Shown piece by piece: positions 36,703 through 50,437 of a stretch of 64,000 nucleotides of DNA; the stretch's first letter is position 1; the number at the start of each line of letters is the position of its first letter. Position numbers and translations under genes: made by a program. Source of the DNA: Phoronis australis (Eukaryota > Animalia > Phoronida); the NCBI GenBank assembly GCA_002633005.1, contig NMRA01000109.1, positions 282,252 through 346,251 of the forward strand, given 5' to 3'. A model generated the notes under the pieces. The model ran no database searches, was not told the origin of the DNA, and saw only the letters and a list, made by a program, of their open reading frames with translations.

Positions 36703-36893
36703 ATGCCGCTATGTTGCGGTGCATCGTTCCCGCTTGTCCGAACTAAGCAGCTGCGGGGAAAGCAGGTATATCGTTTTTTTATTTCCTCGAGAGTCAGAAA
36801 TGCTTAGGAAGTGGCTCATGGTAGTGAAGAATGAAATGTACGCTGTAAATAGCAAGTATGAGGCCGTGAAACATCTCCGTGTCTGTGGCCTGC
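36703..36893 (+). pseudogene. THAP domain remnant of Kolobok transposase
   Basis: MPLCC/CIVPACPN*..FLFPRESEMLRKWLMVVKNEMYAVNSKYEAVKHLRVCG aligns with HRFPMDDTLRRTWLVRVKNAALPVHATYKAVENYRVCG of 13684-14691. Confidence 0.85.
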
Positions 36894-36924
36894 AGACGTC
36901 GACAGTGCCTGACGAATGCCGGCT

Positions 36925-37097
36925 TACCAAATAACTCCATACGTTCCGTTGTCTGAGCTTGTTCACGGCGCCTCTCTAGTATTTATTCATCACTGTATTC
37001 CTGTTCGAATTGATAGCCTGTAAAACTTAACGATCCACCTGCGAAGTCGGGACTGATGAGCTCTAGCTCGTCCTAAGTCGGGATTGCGAGTTGCCAT
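36925..37097 (-). pseudogene. KolX N-terminal remnant
   Basis: GCCAACATGG start at 37097; frameshifted FTGYQFEQEYSDE*ILERRREQAQTTER matches GGYMFEPEYNEAEYAQAQAAVER of 13598-13993. Confidence 0.65.
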
Positions 37098-40000
37098 GTT
37101 GGCGTTTATTCACTGAGCGTTCTGTTTCAAAATGAATTATTCTCATATTAACCAATACTTATATAAAACTGAAACAAAGTCTGTCTCATTAGATGCAAGT
37201 TGTAATGCCTTTGGAGTGTTCGCGAGTGCAAATGGTTTGAGAAGCCAGCAATGAATAAATCACTGCGGTACCGGCTTCAGGTTCAATAAAACTAATTGAC
37301 CGCGGGACACCGAGGCCGCGGAGCTCATGCCTAATTTAGTGTTTGGTAGCAGAAACTGTTGTGAAACAACTCGATTTCCATCCCACGGCCAGGTTTTAGG
37401 GCCGGGAATCTTTATTTACATTTACATTACTCAAATAATGATTGTCAATGTACAACTTCTGCCCTGACGGTGCTGTGGCCACAGCGAAACCTGAATTCGC
37501 GGCAGTAAGTAGATTTGCAGTTTCGTGGCTAATTCACGGCTAACATAATCACGTGCACATTACTTTGGCTCATTAGTATAGTATTTTCTTGACTGGGAGT
37601 TTAGTTTCCACTGAACTTTGGCTGGTTTATGTTCGTGATGTCTGATTAGTTTCCGAGCCACTGGCCGGGATAACGCCGGAGTCAATCCGGCCGGCCGCGA
37701 CGGACCTGATCGGGCTCCGACCCACTGGCCAGGATAACAAGCGTTTTGGGATTAGAACTCAAAAAATCACAAGTCCAAACAACACAGATCTAGGTTCTCC
37801 TGTCTGTATCTCACAGAAAATACTTCGAAATAATCTCCGAACTGACCCCTAACTCCTGCTACGGGCCTTATTGGCCTGCCGAACTTTTTAGGCTAGGGTG
37901 TATCCAAATACCAATAAATCCGTAAGAGCGAAATAAAACAACACGTTTTTATACTAACTCGGTGTATATTTAAGGTTTTTACATCGAATTTTGATGATTT
38001 ATTGGTGTTCAATGATGACTTCAAGCGATAAGCTGACACCAGTAAGCCGTGTTGTGAACTATTGAATAGACTGCGTGTGAAACCGATGACGTCATTGGAT
38101 AATTTCAACACCTCCGTCTGCCGTCAGGTGTCAGGTAACGCAACCGTACGTGTCGTTATGGAGTAGAGCTACTCGATCTAAATTGATACAAATTAGGTTG
38201 TTTTTTAGGTGTCATGCTCCTTTAATTTGTTTTGACATGTACGCAGCCTTGTGGAAGAGAATAGTGGATTGGAGAATCGGGGAAAAAGTCAATAGGTGAC
38301 GCAATACATGCATTTCATTGCGCTGAAAGCCAACGTAAGAGATCACATCACAATTTTAGCGTCAGAATAAAGGTAGATTACCGATAAATAATTTAGTTCA
38401 CTCAAGGAAGACTTTAGTTTTGATTTTGTGTTGGATTTTATGTGGTAATTTTTTACCCACGGCGGTTCAAAGCTGTATATTTAGTACACTTGTACAACTT
38501 TACACTAATGCTGGAACAGATCTTGCTGCTAAATAAATTTTATCGTCAGCCCTTCCTTGATGTGGATAAGAATCTACTCCATGCACTAAATGTGGCGCGA
38601 TCGCTAGGGAGGTTGCAGAAAGTGATGCCATTGTCGCTTACATTGCTGCGCCAATACACCACACAACGCAGCATTTTAGCCCAGAGACTGATAAACGATA
38701 CCTTGCTGTAGCGCAGTGAGCCTTCGGGGGAAATTTCGTCAACACAGCGATACCATATGCACAATATTACGCAGATGGGTTGAAAATATCTCTGGGAGGC
38801 TCGAATGGGCTATGAGTGGTGTAATTTACGTCGCAATTAATTACATTATGAAATATGTATGAAACAAAAACAGTTTATTATTCAAAAATACTTGTATTTC
38901 TGGTGCCAAAAAGGGGGTTTGGTCGTTGGAAGCTTTTTTAAACAAAAACCACATGCTGTGTCGTCATATCAACCGAAACGGACTTCTCTCCAACCCCAAA
39001 AACATTAAAAACCTGTTCCCTGAACCCCTAACAAAAGCGTGCAGCAGGATTGACAATCACAGTGTTTTTTGTTTTTCTTTAAAGCTTTCCTTGGTGACAA
39101 ATAGGGTTAAACGATTGTGCTATGGCGTGTGTATTCCGACAGCACTTAAGCAGCTCGATTAGAATATCCCTTTTACTTTTTGGGCATTCCGTGAGCCGAA
39201 AAGTTATGTCGAAAGGTGTAAATGATAGACAGATTGTGTAGACGGCCAGACGAGCAACTGAACTTGGTAGTGTTGCTTGATAACTTGAAGGCTGGATACA
39301 GCCCTAGACCTACTTACTACTTACTAGGACAAGAAGAACCAATGTGTGCCTGAGCTATGAACCAGATTTTTTAACAAAATATTTCTCTCGAAGATTGCAA
39401 AAGCAAAAACCGTCATATCTATTTGACCTTTTTCATTGGGAGTTCCATCTTAATTGTGACCAATTAGCAGAATTCAGCAGACGGCAAAATAAAAATATCA
39501 ATGAACCTTGGGTGATTGTGACTACTGGTCAGCTGGTTTCCTCAAGAAATTGTGTCCCGTGAACCACTTGTTGTTGGACAAGACTTAAACCTGATGAAGC
39601 ATTGTCTCCAGGGTTCATCTTGCCTTCTACGGTAACGTTTTCTATTAATATCACTAAAACTGTGCCCTTAATCCCTTCATATTATTTAGGGACATGGTCC
39701 TTAAATTAGGGGCGTTGCATGAATAGCAAACTCTCAAAATACACGCAGTACATTTAGGGAAAATAACGGAGTCACTATTTGGTGCTGTTTTCATGCAACT
39801 GGGCATTTGACTCACATCGTCTGTACCTCATTGTATCTGAAAAGGGTAGCAGATGGGGTTGGGTTGTGGTGAATGAAAGTAGGGGGAGGGAGGCAACAGA
39901 GTGGGGAGTTGAAACTGACCAGCCAGAGACGGAATTCGCGTCTGCAGTTCAGTTAACCAGTGGGATTTCTCTCTTACTTGATTATATTAACTTACTTATA

Positions 40001-40509
40001 GATTTCGAAAAAGTTAGTGTTCCGTCATTAATCGGCTGCTGCTAATTGTGATGCGTTTTCTTGAGTCGGCTCTTGGCGATCACATCACCAGAGCTTGACC
40101 AGTTTCTTTTCCCCCGATTATTTTATCATCTATTTTCGCTGCCGCCAAAAGGTTGCGTACATGTCAAAACATATTATCGGTCCTAAATATTTCATTTCGT
40201 TGCAAGTTTTTATTGTAATACCAGCTAACCGTATTTTAGAACAAACCTTGCTGATGCAAAACTGTCATCATCGTGTCAAGAGCGTGCTGTTTTTGAAACG
40301 GATGACACTTTCCTTTGTTGCAAAAGGCGGCGAAATGTGCTATGAAATAATGCCATTTGATTGCTACACACTTGAACGGCTACAACGAACAAGGTGTCAA
40401 TTGACTTCCAGAATTTGCATTCAACCCCTCCGGTCCGTTAGCTCTACATGTCGATGTAAGTTTTACGACGAGTTGACGAGCATAACAATACCTGCGTAGT
40501 CAACGAGCT

Positions 40510-40790
40510 GTGTGAAATGTCGGGGTCTTACGGAGCTCAACAGTCAGTGGTACAATAGTCTTCATACTGCTCTAGCCGGTAACCAGCGGAGCCTTCAAGT
40601 TTACAGAGCTGAGTACTGGCTGACAGCTGGGTAGCTGACTTAAGTCCACACTGCCAACAGTCAGTGTAAATTGTTGATACGGACGTAATGCACCGACTAA
40701 TTTTCGTGTGACGATGACGACAACTGGCTATTACTTTGTGTTGCCTCAGCTCAATCAGTCAGGTATCTCTGGTCACCGGACATTTCACAC
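40510..40790. mobile_element. Putative MITE
   Basis: Inverted ends GTGTGAAATGTCGGGG / CCGGACATTTCACAC; internal direct repeat CAACAGTCAGTG; TSD not clear. Confidence 0.45.
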
Positions 40791-41148
40791 TAAAATTTCT
40801 TATTCCGACAATTTGAAAAACGCCACGTGAATGCACGCTAAAATAGAACACTGAATTCACCCCACCAAATACGACACGAGAAGCAGTGCTCCAAGCGGGT
40901 GTTTTTTAGCTTCTTAAGTTTACCTTTTTGCTCTTGAAATTTATTTGTGAAATTAATCAGCAAAATTTATTCAGAATAAAGTAAACTTCCCTTTCCAGCT
41001 AGGGTTGCAGAATTTAAAAAACCTAGTGGCAACAACACTGAACTCCATAACCGAACTAAAAACCCATGACTCAAAAAAAATCTCAATTCCCTTGTGTCAG
41101 AACATAAACTGACACTGTTTTTAGTTATGTTGTTTTGTTTTGTTTTGT

Positions 41149-41783
41149 TGTTATGTTTCATTGGCATGACCCCTGAGGTCAGTATAGTGATTATGTAATT
41201 TCTTTATTACAGTATAACATGAAACTTTCTAGAAGAATCTAGCATGACAGTGATTAATGCAGTCCGTAATATTCTAGAAACTGGTTTATGTTTGTAGAAT
41301 GTTTGGGTAGATTCCGGGAAAGTTCTAGAATGTGCTTTGATTGGTGAAAAGTTCTAGAACATTGCATTAGTCTATGAATACACAAGCACGGGTTAGTATT
41401 AGTCAGTTCAAGGGTAAACAGTTAAGCAGTAAAGAAGTCGAAGAAAACTACTACACCTGAGTTGCAGTGAAGAGAAACATCACTTAGAGAGATCAAGAGT
41501 CAATAGAGAGCCAGCTCCATAGACAGCACGTTATTTGAATCTGCGAGAGTAACACTTGCGTAAAAGATTTCAGAAGCTCATCGCAAGTGAAGTCTTCGCA
41601 GCACTGGCTGGAGTATAGAACAGACATTACGTCAGACGTTTTGCATGAGTAAGCTTGTTAACGTGCGGACGAGATTCACAAACCGTTAACTCGAACCAGT
41701 CTTCATTCTATCGTCGCACCTAAAGCTATTAGCGCCGGTCTGTAACAACCTGCGCCTGCCCACATACGGGGAAAAACGTGACA
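41149..41783 (+). mobile_element. Solo LTR (LTR retrotransposon, probably Gypsy-like)
   Basis: TGTTATGTT...AACGTGACA termini, repeated TTCTAGAA in U3, and long homology to 59004-59441. TSD not preserved. Confidence 0.65.
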
Positions 41784-42389
41784 CCTTGCTGCAGGCATAA
41801 CACTGCAAGCCTCGGGTTTTCTGACTGATTCTGCACACCTCTCGATGTTGTCTCCGTTTTGTCCCGTGTCTTTCTTTCCAATATGGTGTTATGTTGACAG
41901 TGCGAGCTCCCGCGTGCCCTGTCTATGTGATGTCTATGTTTTTGACAATATGACTTCACAAAGTCACTGAAACTAATCACACTATTTTGAATCGAACCAT
42001 TTTGTGCCCGAATCCGAATTAATTCCCCATTCTCAAGCAGTGAAGTATTGTGAAACGTTTTGGCGAACACTCCATTGTATTACGTGGAACCATGGGCTAT
42101 AGTCTATGGTGGAACAAGGATGTAATATTTCAACAGACCATTAGGCGATGGGTCAAATATCACACATGTAGCATTCATTGTTGTGACTACCTAGGGGGCA
42201 GCCTAAATTTTTCTATGTGACTAGAAAATACACTAATAATTAAAAATCCCCACGTCTACATTTGCACATTTTTTTAAAAAGTGTGTTTAGTGCAAGAAAT
42301 ATTATGCACATTCCATCCACTGGGTGGCGCTTTTCTGTTAAATTGACCAATCGGAGAGCCAGGCTATATTGTTGCGCTTATTAACTTAA

Positions 42390-43634
42390 ATATGGCAGCT
42401 CCCATTTGATAACTAAAACTTGTAGAAGCTTGGAGAAGCATCCCGACCGACGAAAGCTGATGGACTGCAAAATTCTGTGGATGTGTACAGATGGAAAAAA
42501 GAGGTGTCACAAACGTTCGTTCTAGAAATCAGCTGCGTTGCCTAACTGGCTTAGTAAAACATCTCCTGCTTTGTATACTGCTATTGGAAGACCAAGCACC
42601 ACAACAAAAATTGAAGAGGCATAGAAACGCATAGCAACATTTCAAGACACCATGAGTATTAGTAAAACTGAAGCTGCTGAAAGTGACACAGAAGTTACCC
42701 AAGACTTCCCTAGAAAATCAGTTAGACTTCCAAAATATGAAACACCAAATTAACCTGAACAAGATTGGAACATTCTGCCACAAATGCACCATTTGCCAGC
42801 AGGAAAAGTATCCTGCTTGCCTCCAAACAAAAGCAGTGTTTGACCCTTTATTGTGTGTGGGCCAGTTACCGATTTGCGTTGCTGTACCCTCTCTAATCGT
42901 CCATACTTGGCTCTTTGGCGATGGAGCTTTCAAGTTAAAATGTCGGAAGACAATAGCCACAGCTCCATTGACAGTTCTACACACGATGTACGCTAGCTGC
43001 AAGTGCAAAAAGGACATGTGAGGAGGGAAACTGAGTTTGTGCTGCAATGAGTTAAATTGTACAGAAAGGTGCAGTTGTGAAAACTGTAGTAATATCAGCA
43101 ACCCTGATTGCATAACATGGGATAGTGCTTTGACACATTACCAGCAATTCGTAAACTAGGTCATCCGCCAGGTTCTCTACGTAAACTAGGTCATCGCTTA
43201 TGGACCAGTTAGCGCTTCACTCTCCGCGTGTCTACTGAAGAGAAGCACCAGGAAGGTTGTTCTACATTTTGTAGCCCAAAATTACCAAAGTTCAAATATA
43301 TTCCGTTAAAAAGGAAAGACAAAACATATTATTACAGACGTCTGGCCAACATCATGAGTCACCACTCGTAAGCAAATCAAAGCTATCCTTACTCGTTGCC
43401 TTATCTCGCACTACCCCCAATCGCCTAGTTTTCAGTTCGCAATGCAACAACACAATTCTCATAAATTCAACTTGTAATGACCCCTTTCACTTTTAAACCA
43501 TGCCTGAAGTACTTGGGAACAAATTATTGTTAGGCAATTGTTTTTTTTCTCTGAAGTGGATAGTATACACCTCAGGTGAGTTTTCCGCACATATAGCTAC
43601 TTTGGTTTAGAGCTGAATTTTAGCTCCCATACTA
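42390..43634 (+). mobile_element. Academ-type transposon remnant (deleted), with Cys-rich C-terminus
   Basis: SCKCKKDM*GGKLSLCCNELNCTERCSCENCSN at ~42995-43093, preceded by frameshifted C-terminal transposase-like sequence; putative terminus ...CCCATACTA at 43634. Confidence 0.55.
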
Positions 43635-45837
43635 TGCGGGGCCGGGCCGGGCCGGTGAAGGGCCAATTCCTACTTAGAGCATTGAAATCAAACTGTTATA
43701 TATAGAGAAAACGTTTATTAGTATACTGGTGTGAATATTATCAGTGATTTAACCAAAAACTTCGAATTAACTAGACCCACTAATGATAGTCTATGATGAT
43801 AAGCTGATATCAAAAGGCCAAAATTGGCAATTTTCGGCCACCCCCTGTTGAATACAAAATTTTGTCCAATTTTCTTCAAACTCCTACATTTCAATATTGA
43901 TTATACTGACATCTGTTGGGTCTATCGGCAACTAACCGCACATGAAAGGCTTGGTTGAAAATTATCGTTTTTTCACATGCACTTTCGGGTTTTTAGCGGC
44001 GATTCCACTGATCGAAGCGACAAAATAAGCCAAAACTTTGGCCATACCATGTTAAACATAATATTTTTTCCAATTTTGCTGAAAATTGGCCACGTTTTTA
44101 ACAAAATACTTATCTATGTTATGTGCTATCGGCAAATGTGGTTGATTCATAAATAAGACCCTCACGCTGTGTTTTCGGCGAATCCCATGTATCCTGAAGG
44201 GGGCTAACTGAGTGATTTTCGCGCATGCGCAGTTCACGGTTTCAATATTGCTGGTAATGAAGTCAACTGTAAATAGACCGCCAACTTCACTAACCCCGTT
44301 ATTTCGTTAAATTTTCATGTCAAAAGTGTAGGCTGTGAATTTTGTTTGTTGATTTGTCATTGAAAGCACATACTTTGATAATTGTCATGTATTTGTCTCA
44401 TGCTGCTTGCTAAACGCTTTCAGTCTATACACTGTATGCATATTCACAGAGATCATTCAACTATATTGTTTTATATAACATATTTCTGGTGTATTATGCA
44501 AACAAAATATGTTTTATACCATAACTCAATGGTTCAGTCATGGAGGCACAAATTTTGCCCAGTCACAAGTGTTTTGTGTTATTTTTGTTGCCAGACAATC
44601 CCAGAATATCCTCCTTGTAACATTCAGACTTTGTTCTCATTTCTACCACTAGGTGTCACTTAACAATTTTGGAAATTTCACTTTTTACAATTCATCTGCA
44701 ATAGTGAAACATGTAATATGAATGTATTATTGTTCAATATAATGGCATTGACGAGACCATATTAATTGTTTACCAAACGATATCAAAACTGCAGTTTTTA
44801 CAACTAATCTCTTTGTTGATTAGGCCTTTTATGTTAAATCAAATTTCTAAAAAAATGTGCCACTTTACATGTGGGAACTTTGTCGATATTGAAAACACTG
44901 TAGTAAATGAATTTAAAAACACCAAAATAACATTGCCCCCGTGAAGTACTCACGAAAATCACTTTCTTGAACACCTCTGAATCATGGCCCACCGCCTACA
45001 TTGCAACAGCTATTTTACTGAAGATCGTAACCTACATGTACATTCATGAACCTCATTCCCTTTCTTAGATGAATGTCATTAGGACAATATTTTGATAAAG
45101 GGATGCCCGAAACATACACCGGGATACTGACCAAAACTTTCCACAGTTTTATGACGTTTTCTTCCAATTTAAGTGAACATATTTTCATCTTGACTGCTTT
45201 TTCTGCCACCTGTCGGTGGTAGTAATAAACAAGTGGCAGTGGTAAGAGTGCCTTTGCCACAGTGTAAATTTGGAATTAAAATTCGATTTCTTATCGAAGA
45301 GAACGCTGGGACTGTAAGCGATTCTTCTCTTTTGATTACAAGGCCTTAGACTAGCAGGGGGAGGCAGCGCACTTAAAGCATTTTTAAAATATAAAAAATC
45401 ATTCATTCTCATGTACCTTTGACATCCTGATATTTAGCAACTGCAGCAGTGTATCACTCAATCAAGTTTTGATTTCTTTAGCCACCATAAAGTGGTTCAG
45501 TTTGCTCTGAAACGTAGGCCAATTTCAGCTTTTACCCACAGGGTGTACCGATCTATTTCTCTAATAAGTAAGTAGCTGTATATCTACTTAATGACAAACG
45601 CTATAATTTCTATACTTTTAAAGCAAGGTCACTCCAAGTGATATTTATACTGCATCAGTTTAAAAAATGGCGACATGTCACGTTCCCAGAATATAGGAAT
45701 TTGCCTTGCGTTTTTATACAGTGACACTTGTATTTTGACTGATCTAATTTACAGTACGTTAGAATTGGTCTCATGGTTGTTTTATATAAAATAAAGGGAA
45801 AGGTATCTTTAAGACGCTTTTCTATTATTCATTGCAG

Positions 45838-46089
45838 TGACTCATAAAGTACTCGTAGCAGTAGCATTTGACAAACCTGAAAATCCGTATGGTCGCCAGT
45901 TTTGTAATTATTTCGATGGAGTGATGCCTATGACTACGACTTTCATGCCAGATAAAGGATTAAATCAAGTTGCAGAAATATACATGCAGTGTTTGCGTCA
46001 CAAAGGTTCGTGGGGTCACACCGTTGTGGTGGAAACAAAGGAAGGAATGCTCTCCCTGGATGAAGTGGAGGTGTTTATGAAAGATCCAG
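45838..46089 (+). CDS. Coding exon: C-terminal half of the F-type lectin-like domain
   Basis: Acceptor TTATTCATTGCAG| and donor CAG|GTAAAA; 252 nt, phase 1-1. QFCNYFDG..IYMQCLRHKGSWGHTVVVETKEGMLSLDEVEVF parallels the FTP C-terminal C..C..GRYVxV..LxLCEVEVY. Joins in frame to 30587 (T+TG = Leu). Confidence 0.8.
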
Positions 46090-48939
46090 GTAAAATTTCG
46101 TAATATAGCTCTGCAGTCGCGCCCACGCGCACAGAAAATCACACGTGTGCATAAAAATAAATGTAAAAATGAAAAAGGTTAGGCAAATAATGAGACGCAT
46201 TGGAAGTGTAATTAAGAGTTCCCACTTGTATCACTTAGGCAGCTGTTCTTAATCTGGGACCATGATCTAACGATGTTGAAATTCGCTCTCGTAACATTAT
46301 CTCATGTTTTAACCTCCCTCTAAACAAAATGGGAACCAGTTCCACAAAAAGTTCTTAGGAAAAATCAAATGGATTTTCATTCAACCAAAATACATGAAGT
46401 TGACAGATTGTCAGAAAAGACAGGAAGTTAGCCGTGCACCAACCATTAAAAACATTATTTTGTTTCCGGAAGACGTGAAACGCGTATGGTATTTCACATT
46501 GGCATACATTAACTCTAACCTGGAAGGACCGTTGAGAGAGGAAGAAATTGACCGGATCTGAACTGGGATGGTAAAAATTCAAATCCGCAGCTCTACTGTA
46601 GCCCGTCATGTATCGCGATTTTTTGCACCACCCCGCGCCGATCCAGGATATTAACCAAGAGAGGGTCTACCACAGGCAAAGACTTTAGCGGAGGAATATC
46701 CCCTTCCAGGATAGGAAAAATGTTTTTGTCTCTGAAAATAAGTGGATATTAGGCAACAGTGGCTGTGGTTAGAGAATGTTTTCGTAGTGCGCAAGATACG
46801 ACACAACTAATATAGTACAGCCACCGAATTATTAGACTTCGTCCGGTACACCTCCGGTTTGGCTAGACGTGACCCTAATCGGAAACAAACTGGCAGTCAT
46901 GCGTTAATCAACCGTGTCAGCTGGCGTGAGGGTGAGGCGAGTCTACCAGGAACTTACCTTCAGTCGCGCGTGAGCGACCCCTTATTCAGTCGAGTTTCCT
47001 CGCATTTGTCTGTAGGGAAAATCTAATAAGGGTTAAAACGTGTGCTACTGGATCTTTTATGTGCTACCAGTGTCGTTTTCAACTGTGGTTACTTCAAGCT
47101 CCACGTTAATTTAAGCTGAACACTAATTTTTAGATAACGTGAATTAATACTAAGAACTAAGAGAAAACAGAACATCAATTTCCTGATTTTTTGACTAGTT
47201 AAGTTAGTTTGTGTTTAGTTTTAACATACTTTGCAAACATAAAAATTAACATTTTCATGAATTTCTTATGTTGTATTTACACTAGATACACTTCTATTTT
47301 AGAAAACATTTCTTACAGCAATTGAGTGATCGAACTTTAAAACAGGTAAAAAACATTATTTTTTCTCAATATGACCAGGAATAAATACTTCAAAACCAGA
47401 ATATTCTGGCGTGAAAAAAAATCTGTCTAACGTGACCAATTTTGGTCATGTCGTGTTAAATATTTGTCCTGACCTGATAAATTAAAGGTTCTGGCGTATC
47501 CTTCAGAGATTTTAATCCCTGAACAGAAGTTGTTTGTCCTGAGATCTTTTGTGTTTTGGCTTTCCTTACGTAACACTTGAGTACAGTGTTTATTCCCGTC
47601 ATCAGGATAGAATGTATACACGTTGATGCCGGCCTAAAGTATATGGTTTAAATTTGGCTTTCAAAGTTAAAGTTTAAACTTCCAGCTTTCCTTGAAATGG
47701 TAACTATGTGTTTACGTTAGTATAAAACCCTGATCCATAGAACTTTACATGAAAAAACCTTCGGTATCGTTGGGACATTCTCAGACTTTTTTTCTTTTCA
47801 GCAGAGCCTTCAGCCAACAAAGAATCATTTTAAGTTATCGAAACCGGCTTTTATCTTGGATTGTCGGTGCCTCTTGTCAAAAGCAAAATAAAAATCCGAA
47901 ACACGGCATTATTTTACCAGTGGGGCATGCATAACATAAGAGCACATCTTCAGACTGATCGATCCACCTGCACACAACTCATCTAACTATTCAACGGTGT
48001 TATAAGTGTTAATTTAAAAACTCAAAACATTTGAAAACGTCTGACAAAGATTTCTCTTGCACTTAAAATGCATTGAACTCTTCCCAGACTGCTTGCCCAT
48101 TTGCAGCCTAGATAATGCATTTATGAAATTTTGAGTGGTGAGGCAAAATTTAATATAATACTGTAGGTCAAAATTTAATTTTCGGAGGGACATGTGTCCC
48201 AGAAGGTTGAAAATTATTCTTATAGCCATTGGATCAATGCTCACATGTTTGAAACAAGTTATTTCACACTAATGCTCCGGTGAGTAAAACGAAAGTTGTT
48301 GGGAAGACCTCACACTTTGAATCACATAATGTATCTAGGGATAATGAGATTTTAGCAACATCAGTAAAATGCTTTCATTTCACCGCTGATGTAACAATAC
48401 AGCACAGGAAGGTGACTCCAAAATACCAACAGTCAAAGCTCAGCTACATCTGTGCAACCTGCGTAATGTCCCACAGGGTCTGCAAATTAGTTACTTGTTG
48501 TTTAAACACAAGTCCGGGCAACCCTCTCCAAAGATGCCCATGATGTCGCAACAAAATAAAACAAGCTTTCAAAATATTTAAGATCTAGCAAAGTTTATTC
48601 AATTTCCTGAAGTTGTGTTGTCGCATTTATCCAACACAAATCAACGATTGTGTTTTAGGGCAAAGGTTAAGTCACTAGCCAAAAGAGGGGGATCAATACA
48701 GACAATGAAATTCATAAATTGTTCACTAGCCAAATGAGGATCCATATAGCTAGTACTGTCGACAGATAATGAAACTCGACGAATTTTTATCTGAACTTAT
48801 AATAATTTTCAGACAAACTATTTTCCCAGTGACTTTTCGGACTACTTCTTCCTTGGTTCGAGGTGATCGTAATGCCGGGGCCGCCATGTCCCAATACCAA
48901 CCGAGGCACATAAGCAGGACAGAACATATTACTACTTAC

Positions 48940-49157
48940 TGGTTGTAGTACGCATCAAGCAGGCGTTTTGCCTTTTCGGAATTAGTGACCGATAGCTTAT
49001 TTCTGAGAGATTTCCTGTGGCAGTACTATGTGCCCAAATCAATGCGTCAGTTTTTATTTACTTTCAGTTGCACGTCTTTACATCTTTTCTTTCTGTCTGA
49101 TTCGTTTAGTTTTGATAAAGGTCCTCTTAACTTGCCCAACTCCTCACTGGCGGCCAT
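48940..49157 (-). pseudogene. Degenerate first exon resembling the N-terminus of Kolobok-type transposases
   Basis: ATGGCCGCC start; DRKKRCKDVQLKVNKN*RIDLGT*YCHRKSLRNKLSVTNSEKAKRLLDAY, then a GTAAGT donor. Resembles the RxxxRxxIG..W..L....A..LLDxY motif recalled from Kolobok-derived proteins; two stops. Confidence 0.4.
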
Positions 49158-50084
49158 CGTGTCTGGCGATGTCTTGAACATGTAAATTCCTGCAATTACT
49201 TACCAACTCATTCGACCCTGAGGGCCATATGGTTTAAAAAGCTTAATGTACTGGCTGCGCTGTGGAATGTCTTACCCCATGATGTCTGAGGGTATTTCAC
49301 TCAGAATTAGGTCAGAAGCACTGCACATAATTAAAACGTGGTCATTAGGAAACATATACTTACCACATTTTCAGCAATACATCTTGAGTAAATGAGCTTC
49401 GTGTTGATATAAATTTTACTCAAGATTAATACTGATAAAGGGTTGAACAAGCAGTTTTACTTTTTGTCTTCCAGAAACAAAGACGTTTGTTTACAAATAA
49501 TCCATTTATATTTCCAGAAAACATATCAGGAAAGTTTTCCGTGTGGCATATCCTCATTATAATGTAGACCTCTGAAATCTGTATATAAATCTGACCACTC
49601 AGTGCCATCAGTATTGTAGTGATTCCTAAAGGTCTTGCTTTACATCTTAGTTGTCCGTGGTCGAGCTCAATAGTTCTGCTTAGGTGTGTGGTCTGGATAT
49701 CGAATGTCGCTCTGCATCCAAACATGTGTATCAGCCGCAGAGCCGCTTAATTAATATTCATGATGCGCCCTCATTGGCCATTACCGGCATATGGGCCGGA
49801 CAGCCAAAGTCGGCAGTCTCCAGGGAGCGGGACAATGTCAACGAGCCAATCCAGGTGGAAGTGACGTAGTTCACGTGCATGCGTTCTATCAAGAGGGATT
49901 CCCTTTCTTTACTTATTGTCGAAGTGTTGTTGTGAGCAGAGAATTTCTCGATTTTCAAGCACTGTGACATGGTACGTGTGCCTGATTTATTATATTTTAT
50001 GAGCTAACAGAAACCAATGCTCTTTTTGACGGAGAAACTTCACGAAGGGCGATGTTTAAAAATGAGTGTGATGATAGTATCATT

Positions 50085-50437
50085 GATACCTGGATCAGCA
50101 GAGTCAGGTAGGACCTAGCATTTGTATTTTTGTGATGATACGTGGATCAGCTAGTTGACATTTGCAAAATGTCAACCAGCGGAGTCAGGTAGGACCTAAC
50201 ATTTGTATTTTTGTGATGATACCTGGATCAGCTAGTTGACATTTGCAAAATGTCAACCAGCGGAGTCAGGTAGGACCTAACATTTGTATTTTTGTGATGA
50301 TACCTGGATCAGCTAGTTGACATTTGCAAAATGTCAACCAGCGGAGTCAGGTAGGACCTAGCATTTGTATTTTTGTGATGATACCTGGATCAGCTAGTTG
50401 ACATTTGCAAAATGTCAACCAGCGGAGTCAGGTAGAA
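50085..50437. repeat. 81-bp tandem repeat, about 4.3 near-identical copies, each with a 10-bp-stem hairpin
   Basis: AGTCAGGTAG recurs at 50102, 50183, 50264, 50345 and 50426; each unit contains GTTGACATTT-GCA-AAATGTCAAC. Confidence 0.95.

Larger units (their letters stand above)
36538..38221. mobile_element. Older Kolobok derivative (TTAA-flanked) with THAP and KolX remnants; pairing of the right end less certain
   Basis: TTAA|AGGAGAATGCCAC ... GTGTCATGCTCCT|TTAA (imperfect 13-bp TIR); contains the two remnants listed next. Confidence 0.65.

Noticed and set aside
50085-50437. CRISPR array
   Set aside because: The sequences between the palindromes are identical, there are no cas genes, and the context is eukaryotic.
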